Assembly (NCBI GenBank): GCA_963662465.1
Contig: OY759599.1
Span: 2,464,001 to 2,528,000 of the forward strand
Reading direction: 5' to 3'
From: Desulfatiglandales bacterium
GTDB lineage: Bacteria > Desulfobacterota > DSM-4660 > Desulfatiglandales > Desulfatiglandaceae
Length of the DNA stretch: 64,000 nucleotides
Shown: positions 44,227-56,300 of the stretch, piece by piece
Layout of the letters: every line of letters begins with the position of its first letter
How positions within the stretch are numbered: the first letter of the stretch is position 1
The notes under the pieces: generated by a model
What the model was told of the DNA's origin: nothing
Databases searched by the model: none
Seen by the model: only the letters and a program-made list of their open reading frames with translations
Translations under genes and position numbers: made by a program

Positions 44227-46232
44227 CGCATAAGTCTAAATGTTGTGGGGTTGTATAACCCATCAAAATTAAAAGGCGTTTTCGGTAAACAAGAATGCAT
44301 TATGAACATTCATAACTTGAATCCAAGGTAAGTCAAATGTTTGGCCGTTGGCTAATTCAAAGGGACTTTTATGAGCATTTTTTGCGCCAGGTAAAAATGG
44401 GACAAAATTCCTGATAGTCGCATGTGCTCGAAAGAAAAGACTTGCCCATTTCTTATCTCGAAAACTCTCAATTTGTTTTAGTTTACGTTTGATTCCTTTT
44501 AAATAATTGTCAACAATGGAGGTTGTTTGTTTTATCCCATTTCTATTTTTATGAGAGGTATAATGAGTGGCATTTTCTTTTAATTCTACTACCCTCTTTT
44601 TTAGTAATGGATGAGAAAATGCATCGTCATCTAATGCCTTAATCTTTACTTCCAAGTTAACTTTAGATGTGGATGTTTTCAAAACTTTCTTAAATTTTTT
44701 ATAAAGCTTGTCCACTTCTTGGTCGGTACATTTTGATTCTTTTTGATATTTTGATAGTGCATCGTAGAAGTTTTTCAAACAATGACGATGGCAATATCCG
44801 ACCCAAATGTTATGGAATACGGTCTTGATAGCATTGGTTGAGGCTTTCCACTTATCTTTTGTTACACCAAGGATTTTGAAGTCGATTTTTTGCAAAAAAT
44901 CCTCAAATGAACCGCACAGGTTTTCTTCATCAACATGATCAACATAATCGGAGTGCCATACTAATAAATTTTCAGGATCGACCATAACTACAGAATAAGT
45001 TCTTAAATTTGGTTCTTTTTCAAAGCCCTCATCTTCCTGTAGATATCCTGAGCCTTTCACTCCTGCTCTTGTTAGTATTGTTGCAGGATGAAGTGTTCCT
45101 GCCCATCGATTCCAGTTCAAGATGGTCTGTTTGCTTTTGACACTTTTTTTGCCAATAATTTTAAGGCTTTCGATGGCTCCTTGAATGCTCGCATTAAAAC
45201 GGTACATATTCCGAAATACGTGCCCAATAATCTCTATACCAAAATTCTTTTCCCTTGGGAGAAAGCTGGGAACAAGAGAGAACTTTTGTTTGCACTTCCG
45301 GCATTGTATCATGCGGATTGGGAATGTCTGTTGTTCTCCTCCATTCATTATTGTTTTTCGAGGATTCCCGCGGAAACCAGATAAAATATATTCTTTAGGT
45401 CCAGAACATGTTGAATTATGGCCTGTGTGGTGATCATATTTATCGAGTTTATCTAATACTTCAATGCGAAACTTCTTACTATCTTTTACGAGAGCATGAT
45501 AGCTTTCGGTGTTATTATAAGGAAAGATATATGTTTGATTTCCTCGTTTAGAAACAAGGTCTTCCATTTTCTTTTTTACATTTTCGATTATGGATTTATC
45601 AAAAGATTTTAACATCCCTATCTCAAATGCAATACTGATTGTACTATCACGACTTTTTACATTATTCAATTTTTTAGTAATATTACTTATCATTGAACGA
45701 ATTGAATAAAAGATTCTAATTTTCTGTCGATCCCGTTGTGTTTTTGGAATGCTTTTTTTCCCTTTTATTGGCTTACAAATATCCCATAATTGACTTATTA
45801 ACCTACCAAGTTCATCAATAAGAGCAGACAATGTTACATAAAAATATTGCAATGATTGAAACATCTCCCTTTCATTGATCCATGATCTGATGGCATTAAT
45901 GCATTTCTCAATTTCAAAGAAAATCTCAGGATACTGTTTTGGATCGTAATAACATTGTCTTGCAAGTCTGTTTTGAGCTTTGTCCAACATTGTCAAAGCT
46001 CTCTTAATATTATTAATCATGTGTAACCTCTCTAATTTAACATAGACTGTTGCACTATGATTATGCACACTTATCAAAAAAAGTCCCTAACTTTTTTCCG
46101 CTAAGGCGAATTCAGGAAAAAATGTTTGGCCTCACGAAATGCGCTTTGATTAGGATATTGATTCGGAACCGTTTAACAGATGAAATAATTTCAATATGTT
46201 AGAGTAAACCCCACAACATTTAGACTTATGCG
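44227..46232 (-). mobile_element. Element A, copy 2 (intact)
   Basis: Perfect 26-bp TIR and 8-bp duplication AATTTTTC. Confidence 0.93.
44269..46020 (-). CDS. Putative DDE transposase of element A
   Basis: Only long ORF between the TIRs; CRKC, EDEGF, TKDKW, CHRH motifs; start uncertain. Confidence 0.8.
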   Translation of the reverse strand: MINNIKRALTMLDKAQNRLARQCYYDPKQYPEIFFEIEKCINAIRSWINEREMFQSLQYFYVTLSALIDELGRLISQLWDICKPIKGKKSIPKTQRDRQKIRIFYSIRSMISNITKKLNNVKSRDSTISIAFEIGMLKSFDKSIIENVKKKMEDLVSKRGNQTYIFPYNNTESYHALVKDSKKFRIEVLDKLDKYDHHTGHNSTCSGPKEYILSGFRGNPRKTIMNGGEQQTFPIRMIQCRKCKQKFSLVPSFLPREKNFGIEIIGHVFRNMYRFNASIQGAIESLKIIGKKSVKSKQTILNWNRWAGTLHPATILTRAGVKGSGYLQEDEGFEKEPNLRTYSVVMVDPENLLVWHSDYVDHVDEENLCGSFEDFLQKIDFKILGVTKDKWKASTNAIKTVFHNIWVGYCHRHCLKNFYDALSKYQKESKCTDQEVDKLYKKFKKVLKTSTSKVNLEVKIKALDDDAFSHPLLKKRVVELKENATHYTSHKNRNGIKQTTSIVDNYLKGIKRKLKQIESFRDKKWASLFFRAHATIRNFVPFLPGAKNAHKSPFELANGQTFDLPWIQVMNVHNAFLFTENAF

Positions 46233-47653
46233 AATTTTTCTCTTTCTTTGATCTGCCTTTTCCCCGGGCCTCTTGGTGGTGTCAGAGCATATAATTTTTC
46301 CTCGGCGCTTTTAAGCCGTCGTTCCAATCCCAGTTCTTTTTGCTTTTCATACGCTGGTGATTTTACAATCAATACGCGTTCCTTCCATTTCAGCACTTTT
46401 CCATTTATTTCACCAGATTGGTTACGCTCTATCTCATACCCTTTTGCTTTCAGTTCCTCTTGACCTTTATCGTCTTGGACGATGTACTTTATCAACTCGT
46501 TCTTTTTGTCTTTCAAATTTCCTTCATCTATCCATTTCTCCATATATTCTGGGGTTTTCCCAGTATTAGGCAATGGACATAAATAATGTCCTTCCGCTTT
46601 TTCCTTAATGTGTAAACGATTTTCAAGAGAACTCAGTTTGCAATCGCCCACATAAAGGACACCTTGTTTCTGGAGCATAGAGTGAATGCGACTTATGATA
46701 GGTGCATACAATTTGTCATCGGCCATTTGCCCTGGAACAACATCCGTGGCTAACGGCATCCCAAGAGGATCCAGCGAACCCGTCATGATTTTTATTTGCG
46801 GTCTATTGGGGTCGTCTTTACTAACACCAAATTGGAATATCCCACCTTCAACTGTTTTGTGGTAGCCGGATACAGTCGTAGCATCAACCCTGACAGTTTC
46901 TTCCGGCAACTCATATGCTTCAATCGTATTGCCACTTATTCTCTCTTCAACTTTTCTCCAAATATCATTATCGCTTAAATACCTGGCAAGATTAGCTAAA
47001 CGATCGTCTGTAAAATCATTTTCGGAGATTATCAATCCTGTTAATTCGATTAAGGTATGCCGCATTCCAGATACATATTCCCGAACAACTACTTTGCGAT
47101 GGTCTCCCTCCGATAACATATATGCCAACCATATAACAGCCGTCCATCCCCAGCTCAAATCTCTTTGGTTCTTTTGAATTGGGATTTGTTGGTCTATAGC
47201 TTCTTGTATACCCATTTTCACCATGGCCTTTATCAATAGGGGTATATCGTCAACTCTTTCTGCTGTAACGTTAATCTTTTTGACCTTTTTCCTTTTGTTT
47301 GCAATGTGAGAGGCGCCATTATCCGATGATAGATTTACCTCACGCTTTTTCTTAGCAGTTTTCGTTTTATTTGATTTTTGCTTTTTTTTTCGTTTCCTTA
47401 CAGGTGCTGATTTTTTACCTTCTTCCAACCTGTTTCGTTGAAGCTTTGGGATTTTCTGCCGATCATTCTTCTGACCGAAAGGTCTGGGTTGATTTTCAGA
47501 TTGACCGGTTTGTTGATTTGATGATGCACCGGCATTTATATTATTTCCAGTACCTGCTGAAATAGGTGATGCCTGCACCTTTGAAAAACTGCAAAACCAA
47601 ACCAAAAAACACACTGATGCGAAAATGAACACATGCGTCACATGTCGGTTCAT
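46233..47653 (-). pseudogene. IS1634 transposase, N-terminal piece
   Basis: ERVDDIPLL, VRVDATTVSGY, FGVSKD, YVGDCK. Confidence 0.85.
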
Positions 47654-48619
47654 ATAGTTCCCCTGTTATTTCAAGTGGTTGTAATGTTGGGAAACTAATA
47701 TAATACAAACAGCTGTGAATGTCCATCGTTATTCCAGCATGTTATCGTATTGTTTTTGAATCCATTAAAAAATAATAATAGCTATGAATTACGACAATTT
47801 CAAATCAATCTATCAAGGCGCTCGTTCCTGTTCCCCTTATGGGCCTGTATCCTTACCGGGGATGTACTACCAATGCCTCTGATATCGCATTTTATCGTGG
47901 AGATGTTGTTCCGCCAAGTGAGTGCTGCCTGCCTCCTCGGCAAAATTTGCAGAACTTATTTTTAAAACGCGAACGATAAGATAAGAGCAGACAATGTTAC
48001 ATAAAAATATTGCAATGATTGAAACATCTCCCTTTCATTGATCCATGATCTGATGGCATTAATGCATTTCTCAATTTCAAAGAAAATCTCAGGATACTGT
48101 TTTGGATCGTAATAACATTGTCTTGCAAGTCTGTTTTGAGCTTTGTCCAACATTGTCAAAGCTCTCTTAATATTATTAATCATGTGCAACCTCTCTAATT
48201 TAACATAGACTGTTGCACTATGATTATGCACACTTATCAAAAAAAGTCCCTAACTTTTTTCCGCTAAGGCGAATTCAGGAAAAAATGTTTGGCCTCACGA
48301 AATGCGCTTTGATTAGGATATTGATTCGGAACCGTTTAACAGATGAAATAATTTCAATATGTTAGAGTAAACCCCACAACATTTAGACTTATGCGCAAAA
48401 TTGGATAGGGATACAATCGTTTCAGGTAAGAAAACCATGCCTTGAAACAGAATTAAACAGTCTTAGTTTTTGCCTATAGAATAATATAAACCGTTGTATT
48501 TGACGGTGAAATGTCCATTTTTAGGTCCTAAAATAGACTGAAATAACGAGGCCTATACAACTGACTTCATTGCAAAATTTTTTCTATCCACATCATACAT
48601 AAAGCAAGAAGAACAAAAC

Positions 48620-49304
48620 CGAACCAATACCGATTCCTTCGCTCCCAACGTACGACCAAGCGCACGGGAATCATACCCCTTATCGGCTTGTAATGCACCG
48701 GGCCGTTTTTTGGGTCTTCCGACACTGCCTGTATGGATATTCACATAATCCAGTAATATATCGACCTGCTCCCGTTCACTTTCAGCGGCGCGGTTGATTT
48801 CAGACCGAACGGCATGCCGTTTCCATCAATAAGACAGTGGAGAGTAACTCCCTTGCCTTTGTAGCCATATTGTACATCTTCACCTCCCCCCTTACCCGCA
48901 ACAAAAGAACCGTCTATAGAAGCACGTTCCCAATTGATTAATCCGGATGATTCGGCAATAGCGATTACGTGGAACAGTATCTTTTCCCAAGTTCCGTCAG
49001 CCTGCCATTTACCGAGCCAGTCATGAGCAGTGGATTTTGGAGCCCACTGCACCCCCTTTGGAACATTGATCCACTTGGCTCCGTTAAGTAAAATCCAAAT
49101 GATCGTATTCAGCACTTTGATAAATTCAGCATACGGCCTGCACCGTCCGGTTTGTTGAGACGGAAGAAAGGGTTCAAAAACTTCATACTGAGCCTGAGCG
49201 AGTCCTTCGAATCTTTTCTGCATGGTTAAGTTCCTCCTTTGAATCAATATAATACATCGATTTTTAAAAGGAAGTTAACCGAAAATTATTTTTCGGATAG
49301 ATTC
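48620..49304 (-). mobile_element. Truncated, frameshifted IS5-family element
   Basis: W...NGAKW, WQADGTW, IDGS, ADKGYDS motifs; frameshift near 48790; one end GAATCTATCCGAAAA. Confidence 0.8.
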
Positions 49305-49631
49305 AAAGTTTTAACGATATAACTTTATTCACCAATAAATCCAAGGGGGAAATATTTCCAGTGCAGTCACAAATAGATGAACATAAAACTGACTCTCCTG
49401 TGCCTTTTATGCATGAAACTGAAATAAAAGCAATATGTTGCTGCTTTAAGATATTCCATAAACCTATTAATGTGCTTGAATGGGGTTCCGGAAATAGTAC
49501 AACATATTTTTCAGAATATTTGCCAGGAGGTAGCGAGTGGCACTCTGTTGAACATAATCCGAAATGGGTGGCACATGTTCAGTCTTTAATAGATAAATTA
49601 GGATGTCAAAACATTCACCTTCATTATCTTT

Positions 49632-52250
49632 CAGACATCATAGTAAATGACGTTTTTTCTCAATTCAAATTGTGCATTTAGTTCAACAGCGGCCTTGATC
49701 ATTGTTTCGGCCATTAGGGCGAAAGACCCTTTTTTTAAACTGGGCGCCCCTACATGTGGTCGAAACACGATACCCTGTAGGATGCCTGAAACGATGATCA
49801 AGGCTTTAACAGCAATAACCCACTTGAGGGATTGAGGAGATGCGAAAATAAAGGTCGAACTCCATGCGACCTCTCAATTTGGGCGACATAGTGTTTATCA
49901 GATGGCAAAATCTTGTTGCTGCCTTCCGATGCTTTTTGTCCTCTATCCAATCTAAAAGCACAACAAGTGTTTTCCCGACTAATTTCACATAACCAGGGAG
50001 TTTTGTGACCTTTGTCAGGATCTGTTTCACATCCCGCGGATCATCATAACATGAACGGAACAGGCCAACCAGATGCTCGCGTGAGTGAAAGGCAATCATT
50101 TGTATCAGGTCGTAGAGCTTCTTTTTCTCCAGATCTGCCTTGTTCATTGGTCTGCCTTTCAGCACTTCAATTATCGATACTTTGTCAGGCATTTCTTTTA
50201 AGGCTGCCTGAAAGCCGTCAAGCTCTTTGTCGTATTTCTCTATCTCTTCCTGGAGCGTGTTTAGCTTTTTTTTAAGACGAAGATCTTTTCGTGCTTCTAT
50301 TTTGGACTCTGTTTGTTGTTTTGCAAGCGCCAATTGCCCCATCTTTTGTTTAATTCCCTTGATCGTCTTTTTGATTGTTTTTACCTCAGGATTATCTACG
50401 AGGGGCTGTTCTTCAAGTTCTTTAAGATCATAGCCGGGATGATAATTGAAGTTGTACAGGGACATCATCTCTTTGAAAAAGTTTTCAGACTCTCCCCATC
50501 GTGAAAGCATATATGCAGCAATATCAGGAGCAGGCTTTTGATGATTGCTGGTATATATTGCTACAGGTCTATCCTTGTCCAATTCCTTGAAAACAACCAT
50601 ACGTACTTCTGTCGAAGTTGCCTCTGTTCGGCCTTCTTTGGCAGCTGTAGAAATCGATTCACGAATCAGTTTTGTTTTCTCGGCAATGTGATATCTTTTC
50701 CCATTAAACATCAAGCAGCTCGTATATTCCAAGTCTTTAAATTCGTCTTTTTTCACATACCTGGCCCACGTAATAAAGTCAGCCCTTGTCGATAATTGAC
50801 TGAAAAAGTGAACACCATAACCACCGCGATCAAAAACCACAATGGGGCGGTCGACACCCAGGCTGATTATCTTGTCGGCCGCTCTTATGATGATCGGCCT
50901 GAAATCGATATCACACCCTTCGGTAATTGAAAAGAAAGGCTTCCCGTCAAGGTCGCTGACAACATAAATTTCGTTTCCTTTCATTACAATTCGTCTCACG
51001 GTATGGTAGCCTTTGGACAGAACCTTGAGGCCATAATAGGGAAGGAAGTGTCCATCGATAAAAAACACCTCCGGGTTGATGAATCCCAATGATAGAAATA
51101 GGTTTGCAAAATAATCTATCAAGCTCTCTGAGGGCTTGAACTCGGCCATCTGTTTTAAACGCAACCGAATAGTGGTCTCATCGGGGGAACTGGTTCGTCC
51201 CAGCAAAAGCCCCATGTCCCTACTGTTGACCAGCTTATGGGATTCGATAGATGGCAACCCGATGTTCAACCCGAAAAGGACAGTCTCCATCACTTCATAA
51301 TCATTATACGTATTATTGACAGAAGAAGGTGAATCAAAGGCATTCGGGAAATTGATACGATCTAAAAACAGATGGTGAAAAAGCATACCGGCAAAGACAT
51401 TGCGTTGTCCTTGTTGAAGATGATCCAGGAATACTTTATCTGTATCGGTTTGTGGTTTGGGTGTATCCTCATCAGCGAATTCATCTACCTTCTTTTTGAA
51501 TTCAGGATCAGCCTCAAAGTTGAAAGAAAGCTGTCGCTCGTCGTGTTGCTTCAGATCAATACTATCCGCAATTTTAGCCAGTTGCTCCAAGTCATGCTTT
51601 GTAGGCTTTTCAGTTTCTGCATCTTGATCTGCGGTTCTGATACGAGCTACAGCACTTCTGGAAATAGTCGTTTCAGTTTGTTTTTCCGCAGCATTTGCAA
51701 TCTGCTGGTCAGTCCAGTCAGGATTCTCGCGGATAAGTTTCTTGATGGTTTTGCGAATGCTGCCAATATATTTCCAGGGAGCCTTGGGGCCACGGTTGTC
51801 CTCAAATATGGCCTCAACACCTAAAAGCCTTTTGGTGCGAAGCAGTTTGCCAACCGTATTGCGGTGAAACCCACAGATTTTACCGGCAAGCCGGTTTTTA
51901 CAATAAGCAAGCTCGACAAGTTGTACGGCAGCGAGTCTCCTATCATTTATCTTCCCAGGATCGAAACTAACGACAGGACGATACTCATGATAAACCGTAA
52001 CAGTGATTTTTTCCTTCCAATCCCGCTCAGTCCATACGGATAGGTCGCTGATTTTTTCTGTTTTGACAATCATGGTCTGAAGATAATTTTTCAGTTTTCA
52101 TTTGTCAAGAAAAAATATGTTTTAGCCAATTCAATGTTTTCAGTAGGTTACGCTGAGCTAAAATCTGAAATGCACACGAAATTATGAGAAACTCCCGTAT
52201 AACGATTTCAAACAGTTAGGTTGTACAACGGTCATTTACCAGGAACTCTG
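49632..52250 (-). mobile_element. Unclassified DDE IS (IS4-like)
   Basis: Imperfect 20-bp TIR ending GTAAATGAC and 6-bp duplication ATCTTT. Confidence 0.88.
49806..52073 (-). CDS. Putative DDE transposase, 755 aa
   Basis: HTH, FIDGH, VFDRGG, RWGESENFFK. Confidence 0.85.
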   Translation of the reverse strand: MIVKTEKISDLSVWTERDWKEKITVTVYHEYRPVVSFDPGKINDRRLAAVQLVELAYCKNRLAGKICGFHRNTVGKLLRTKRLLGVEAIFEDNRGPKAPWKYIGSIRKTIKKLIRENPDWTDQQIANAAEKQTETTISRSAVARIRTADQDAETEKPTKHDLEQLAKIADSIDLKQHDERQLSFNFEADPEFKKKVDEFADEDTPKPQTDTDKVFLDHLQQGQRNVFAGMLFHHLFLDRINFPNAFDSPSSVNNTYNDYEVMETVLFGLNIGLPSIESHKLVNSRDMGLLLGRTSSPDETTIRLRLKQMAEFKPSESLIDYFANLFLSLGFINPEVFFIDGHFLPYYGLKVLSKGYHTVRRIVMKGNEIYVVSDLDGKPFFSITEGCDIDFRPIIIRAADKIISLGVDRPIVVFDRGGYGVHFFSQLSTRADFITWARYVKKDEFKDLEYTSCLMFNGKRYHIAEKTKLIRESISTAAKEGRTEATSTEVRMVVFKELDKDRPVAIYTSNHQKPAPDIAAYMLSRWGESENFFKEMMSLYNFNYHPGYDLKELEEQPLVDNPEVKTIKKTIKGIKQKMGQLALAKQQTESKIEARKDLRLKKKLNTLQEEIEKYDKELDGFQAALKEMPDKVSIIEVLKGRPMNKADLEKKKLYDLIQMIAFHSREHLVGLFRSCYDDPRDVKQILTKVTKLPGYVKLVGKTLVVLLDWIEDKKHRKAATRFCHLINTMSPKLRGRMEFDLYFRISSIPQVGYCC

Positions 52251-53349
52251 ATCTTTCATGTATTGGTGAATTCCAAGAGGGAAGTAGCGATGGGCATCTT
52301 GAAACTTTTCGTAATTATGTGTTTTTTCCAATAGAGCTAAAAAAGACGTTTAAGATTGTTATTGTGGATGGCCGTGCGCGGATCTATTGTCTGAAAGTTG
52401 GATGGCAACTGCTTGATAATAATGGTGTGATGATTTTGCATGATGCTCAGAGGAAACAATACAATAGCGGCATTCCTGATGAATGCTATTGGTTGAGAAC
52501 GGTAAATCCGGACGTCATTTGTGAAGACAAAATATCAACAATTTTTATTGCTAAATCTCATGATGTTATAAAAAAAATTGGAATATTGATGCGGGAAGTC
52601 CTCCCTGATTCTATCGAAATATCCAATAATCTTGACGGAAACGGTGAGGTTGAAAATGAAGGGGGGAGAATGAATAACATTAGTTCAGTACAGGGAGCAT
52701 ACGATAATCTATGGGAAGAAAAACTCAATGATCCTGCGTGGCTGAAGAATGATGGAAAAGGCCGGGTGGAATTTTGCGCTGGTTTTCTTAAAGCTCACAG
52801 TAGAATTGGCCAGGGGGCAAAAATTCTGGATATCGGTTGCGGCAGAGGGACGTTAGCTCATTATCTGGATTCCGAAGTCTGTTTGTATGGTATTGATATA
52901 AGTGAAAAAGCTATTTCAGAGACCAGGAAAGTCTATAAAAAGGCTGATGTCGTGGATCTGAACATGGAAAAACTGCCTTATGAAGATAATTTTTTTGACT
53001 GTGCAATTACCTTGGATGTTATAGAACATGTGTTTGATCCTCTATTTTTTCTAAAAGAAATTCACCGTGTATTAAAGATCGGCAGTGAGATTATTCTTAG
53101 TACGCCGAATATCTTAAATGAAAATCTTTTGAAATCTCTGGTTCATACTCGACGCTTTCCCAAGACAAGTGGTGATCCCTTTCCTTATGATGGCGGGCAT
53201 ATTCATTTTTTCACGTATCGGGACATTTTTGATCTCATGAAAAGTGTTGGTTTTAATTTTACACCCATTGGCCCATTAAAGGATGCATTTGATTATGAAT
53301 TCAAGGAACCTATGGCCTGGGTATCAGGAAAGAAAATATAGGGGAGTTT

Positions 53350-56300
53350 ATGGAGAATACACCTGTTATTCTGATTGCTTACAAGCGGGCATGGCATACA
53401 GCGCAGGTTTTAGATTCGCTAAAAGAACATAATATTCAAAATTTATTTATCTTTTCTGATGGGCCAAGAAATAATGATGATCTGTCTGATGTATATGAAA
53501 CACGATTATTATTTCAAAGGATTGACTGGACAAAGCCCACTATTATTGAACAAAAGAGAAATATTGGCTTGGCAAATTCAATCGTTTCAGCAGTAAATTA
53601 CGTTTTTGAGAAATATGATAGAGTAGTCCTTCTGGAGGACGACTGCGTTCCTCAAAAACATTTTTTTGATTTTATTGGCGCGTGTTTGGATAAATATGAA
53701 AATATTGAAAAGGTATTCGGCATTTCAGGTTACACCGTTCCTATGCCTAACTCTGTTTTGAAAACTTATCCGCATGATCTTTATTTCTTTCCCAGAATCG
53801 GAAGCTGGGGATGGGCTACATGGAAGAGGGCATGGCAACATTTTGAGCCTGATCTGGCCAAGGCATACAGGCAAGCTGTAGAAAATAATATCGATCTATC
53901 CCAGGGCGGGACAGATATCCCGGTAATGCTCAATAGTATGCTGAATGGAAATCTGAAAGACGTTTGGACGTTGCATTGGGTACTCTCAGTATATTTGAAT
54001 AAAGGTTTCTATATCTATCCAACACTTTCCCATATTGAAAATATTGGCATGGATGGAAGCGGCGTCCATTGCGGTGCAACCCAAAAATTTATTACAAGAA
54101 TGGCTGACAGGAAACCCTCACGATATCCAAATACTATCGAAATCAATGAAGATACCTACAAAAATTTTAGAAAGTATTATGACGTACTACAACCAATCCC
54201 AAAAACGCACAAGAAGATATTTTCAGAAAGGCCACCTTTAAAAATCGCACACCTCTGCATGCAGGATTTTGGGGGTGCTGGGAATGCAGCATACAGGCTT
54301 CATAAGGGTCTCCAATCAATGGGTGTGGATTCTACCATGCTTGTGCTGAATAAAAGAAGCGGTGATCCGAGCGTTAGAGTGTTGCCAAATGATTATACCA
54401 TGGGCAAGGCAAATTGTTTGGATGTCTCTGCATATAACTCTCCTGTGTGGAATAAGCAGTCTGTCAGATGGCAAAAACTCATGATTGAATATCCCGGAAG
54501 ACCTACCGGGCTTGAGGTTTTTACAGACGCTGTTTCGGACGTAAGACTCGATCGTGTCCGTGAAATGCAGGAGGCAGATATAATTAACCTGCATTGGGTT
54601 GCCGGGACAATCGATTGGCCCAGTGCGCCTTTGGGAATTGGGAACAAACCCATTATCTGGACGCTTCATGACATGAACCCTTTTACAGGTGGGTGTCACT
54701 ATGCCGGAGACTGTAAGAAATATATGGACGGCTGTGGGGCATGCCCTCAGTTGGGATCTAATATTCATGATGACCTCTCACACAAGGTATGGGAACAAAA
54801 ATACAAGGCTTATAAGGATTTGAATATAAACGTTGTCACCCCAAGCCGATGGCTGGGGAAATGCGCATCTGAAAGTAAGCTGTTTTCTCGTTTTCCGGCT
54901 CAGGTCATCCCATACGGATTCCCTCTTGATACTTTTCGACCACACCCGAAGGCAGAGATCCATAAGGCTCTAAAAATCCCTGATTCTGCAAAGGTAATCC
55001 TGTTTGGCGCGAATTCTGTCCTGAATGAAAGAAAAGGCTTTAGATACCTGCTTGAGGCCTTAAACAAAATCCCTCTAAAAAGCGGGCATGATATTGCTAT
55101 TCTTACATTTGGAGGTTTGCCAAAGGGGATCAAGATTCCCTCAAAGTATTCAGTTGTGAATCTAGGCTTGATTGCAGATGAGAAACAACTTGCCATGGCT
55201 TACAGCGTAGCCGATGTTTTCGTTCTCCCCTCCCTTGAGGATAATCTCCCGAATACCGTTATTGAGGCAATGGCTTGCGGCGTACCTGTGGTCGCCTTTG
55301 ATATAGGCGGTATGCCGGACATGATAGAGCACAAAAAGACCGGTTATTTAGTAAAGCCTAAGGATATAAAAGGTCTAATTGAAGGGATCGATTGGGCCAT
55401 TTCATCTGCCGATAACGGCAGGGATTTTTTAAAAGAATGCAGAGCAAAGGCGGAAAGAGAGTATGCTCTGGATGTGCAGGCGAATGCGTATGTGGGTTTG
55501 TATGAGCGGATAATGACAGACGTCGGAGGTCGGAGGTCGGAGGTCGGAGGTCAGAGATCAGTAGACAGAAGTCAGAAATCGAAGATCAGTGGTCAGAAAG
55601 AACAGGATGGCTGGGCGGATGGACGAGTACAAGGCGATAGGGGGAGTACTCCTGATGAATTGTATCAAACAGCACAGGGATTTATGGAAAGCGGGAGAGA
55701 AAAAGAGGCAATTGGGGCTTTGAGAGTGTTTTTGGGATTATATCCTGGTTACGCTCTGGCGCATAACGATCTGGGGGTTTTGTGTTATAATGAGGGGCAA
55801 AAAGAAAAGGCGCTCAGGCACTATGAACAGGCTGCACAACTGGAACCCAATAACCTGACTCTTCAGAAAAACCTGGCTGATTTTTATTATTTCGAACTGG
55901 AACGTATCGAAGAAGCTTTAAAAATATACAATCGAATTTTAACCGAAAATCCTGAAGATTTGGAAACGTTGCTTGTAATGGGGCATATTTGCATTAAGCT
56001 TAACAAGATTGATGATGCAATAGATTTTCACAACAGGGTATTGGAAATTGATTCGGGTAATGAGAATGCTATTGAAATGCTTCGCAAAATTCGAGAAATG
56101 GTTGCTCAGTTTTTTTTGGATAAATCTCAAGAAGACTTATCGGAACATTACACCCGTGAATATAGCAGTACACATCGCAAAATACTGGCAGGCAATTTGA
56201 AAGATTATCCACTATCCGATGATGAGCAGGCTTTTTTGGATGCGTTTACGGCCAGGACAAATAGTGTTGAGAAATCGCAGGAGGCTATTCCCTCTTTTTT

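Larger units (their letters stand above)
38251..47980 (-). mobile_element. IS1634-family element, interrupted twice
   Basis: 20-bp TIR CTTATCGTTCGCGTTTTAAA, 6-bp duplication ATAAGA, transposase in three pieces. Confidence 0.88.
36654..48395 (-). mobile_element. Unclassified DDE IS ('element A'), copy 1, split by an IS1634-family insertion
   Basis: Perfect 26-bp TIR CGCATAAGTCTAAATGTTGTGGGGTT. Halves 36654-38250 and 47981-48395 match copy 2. No flanking duplication. Confidence 0.9.
49361..53341 (+). pseudogene. Two-domain SAM-dependent methyltransferase interrupted by an IS (49361-49631 plus 52257-53341)
   Basis: VLEWGSGNST, IVDGRAR, ILDIGCGRG; rejoins in frame as HLHYLSCIGEF. Confidence 0.85.

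Noticed and set aside
48396..48550. End of a further IS (…CTGAAATAACGAG)
   Set aside because: Resembles an IS terminus but has no partner repeat or transposase here.
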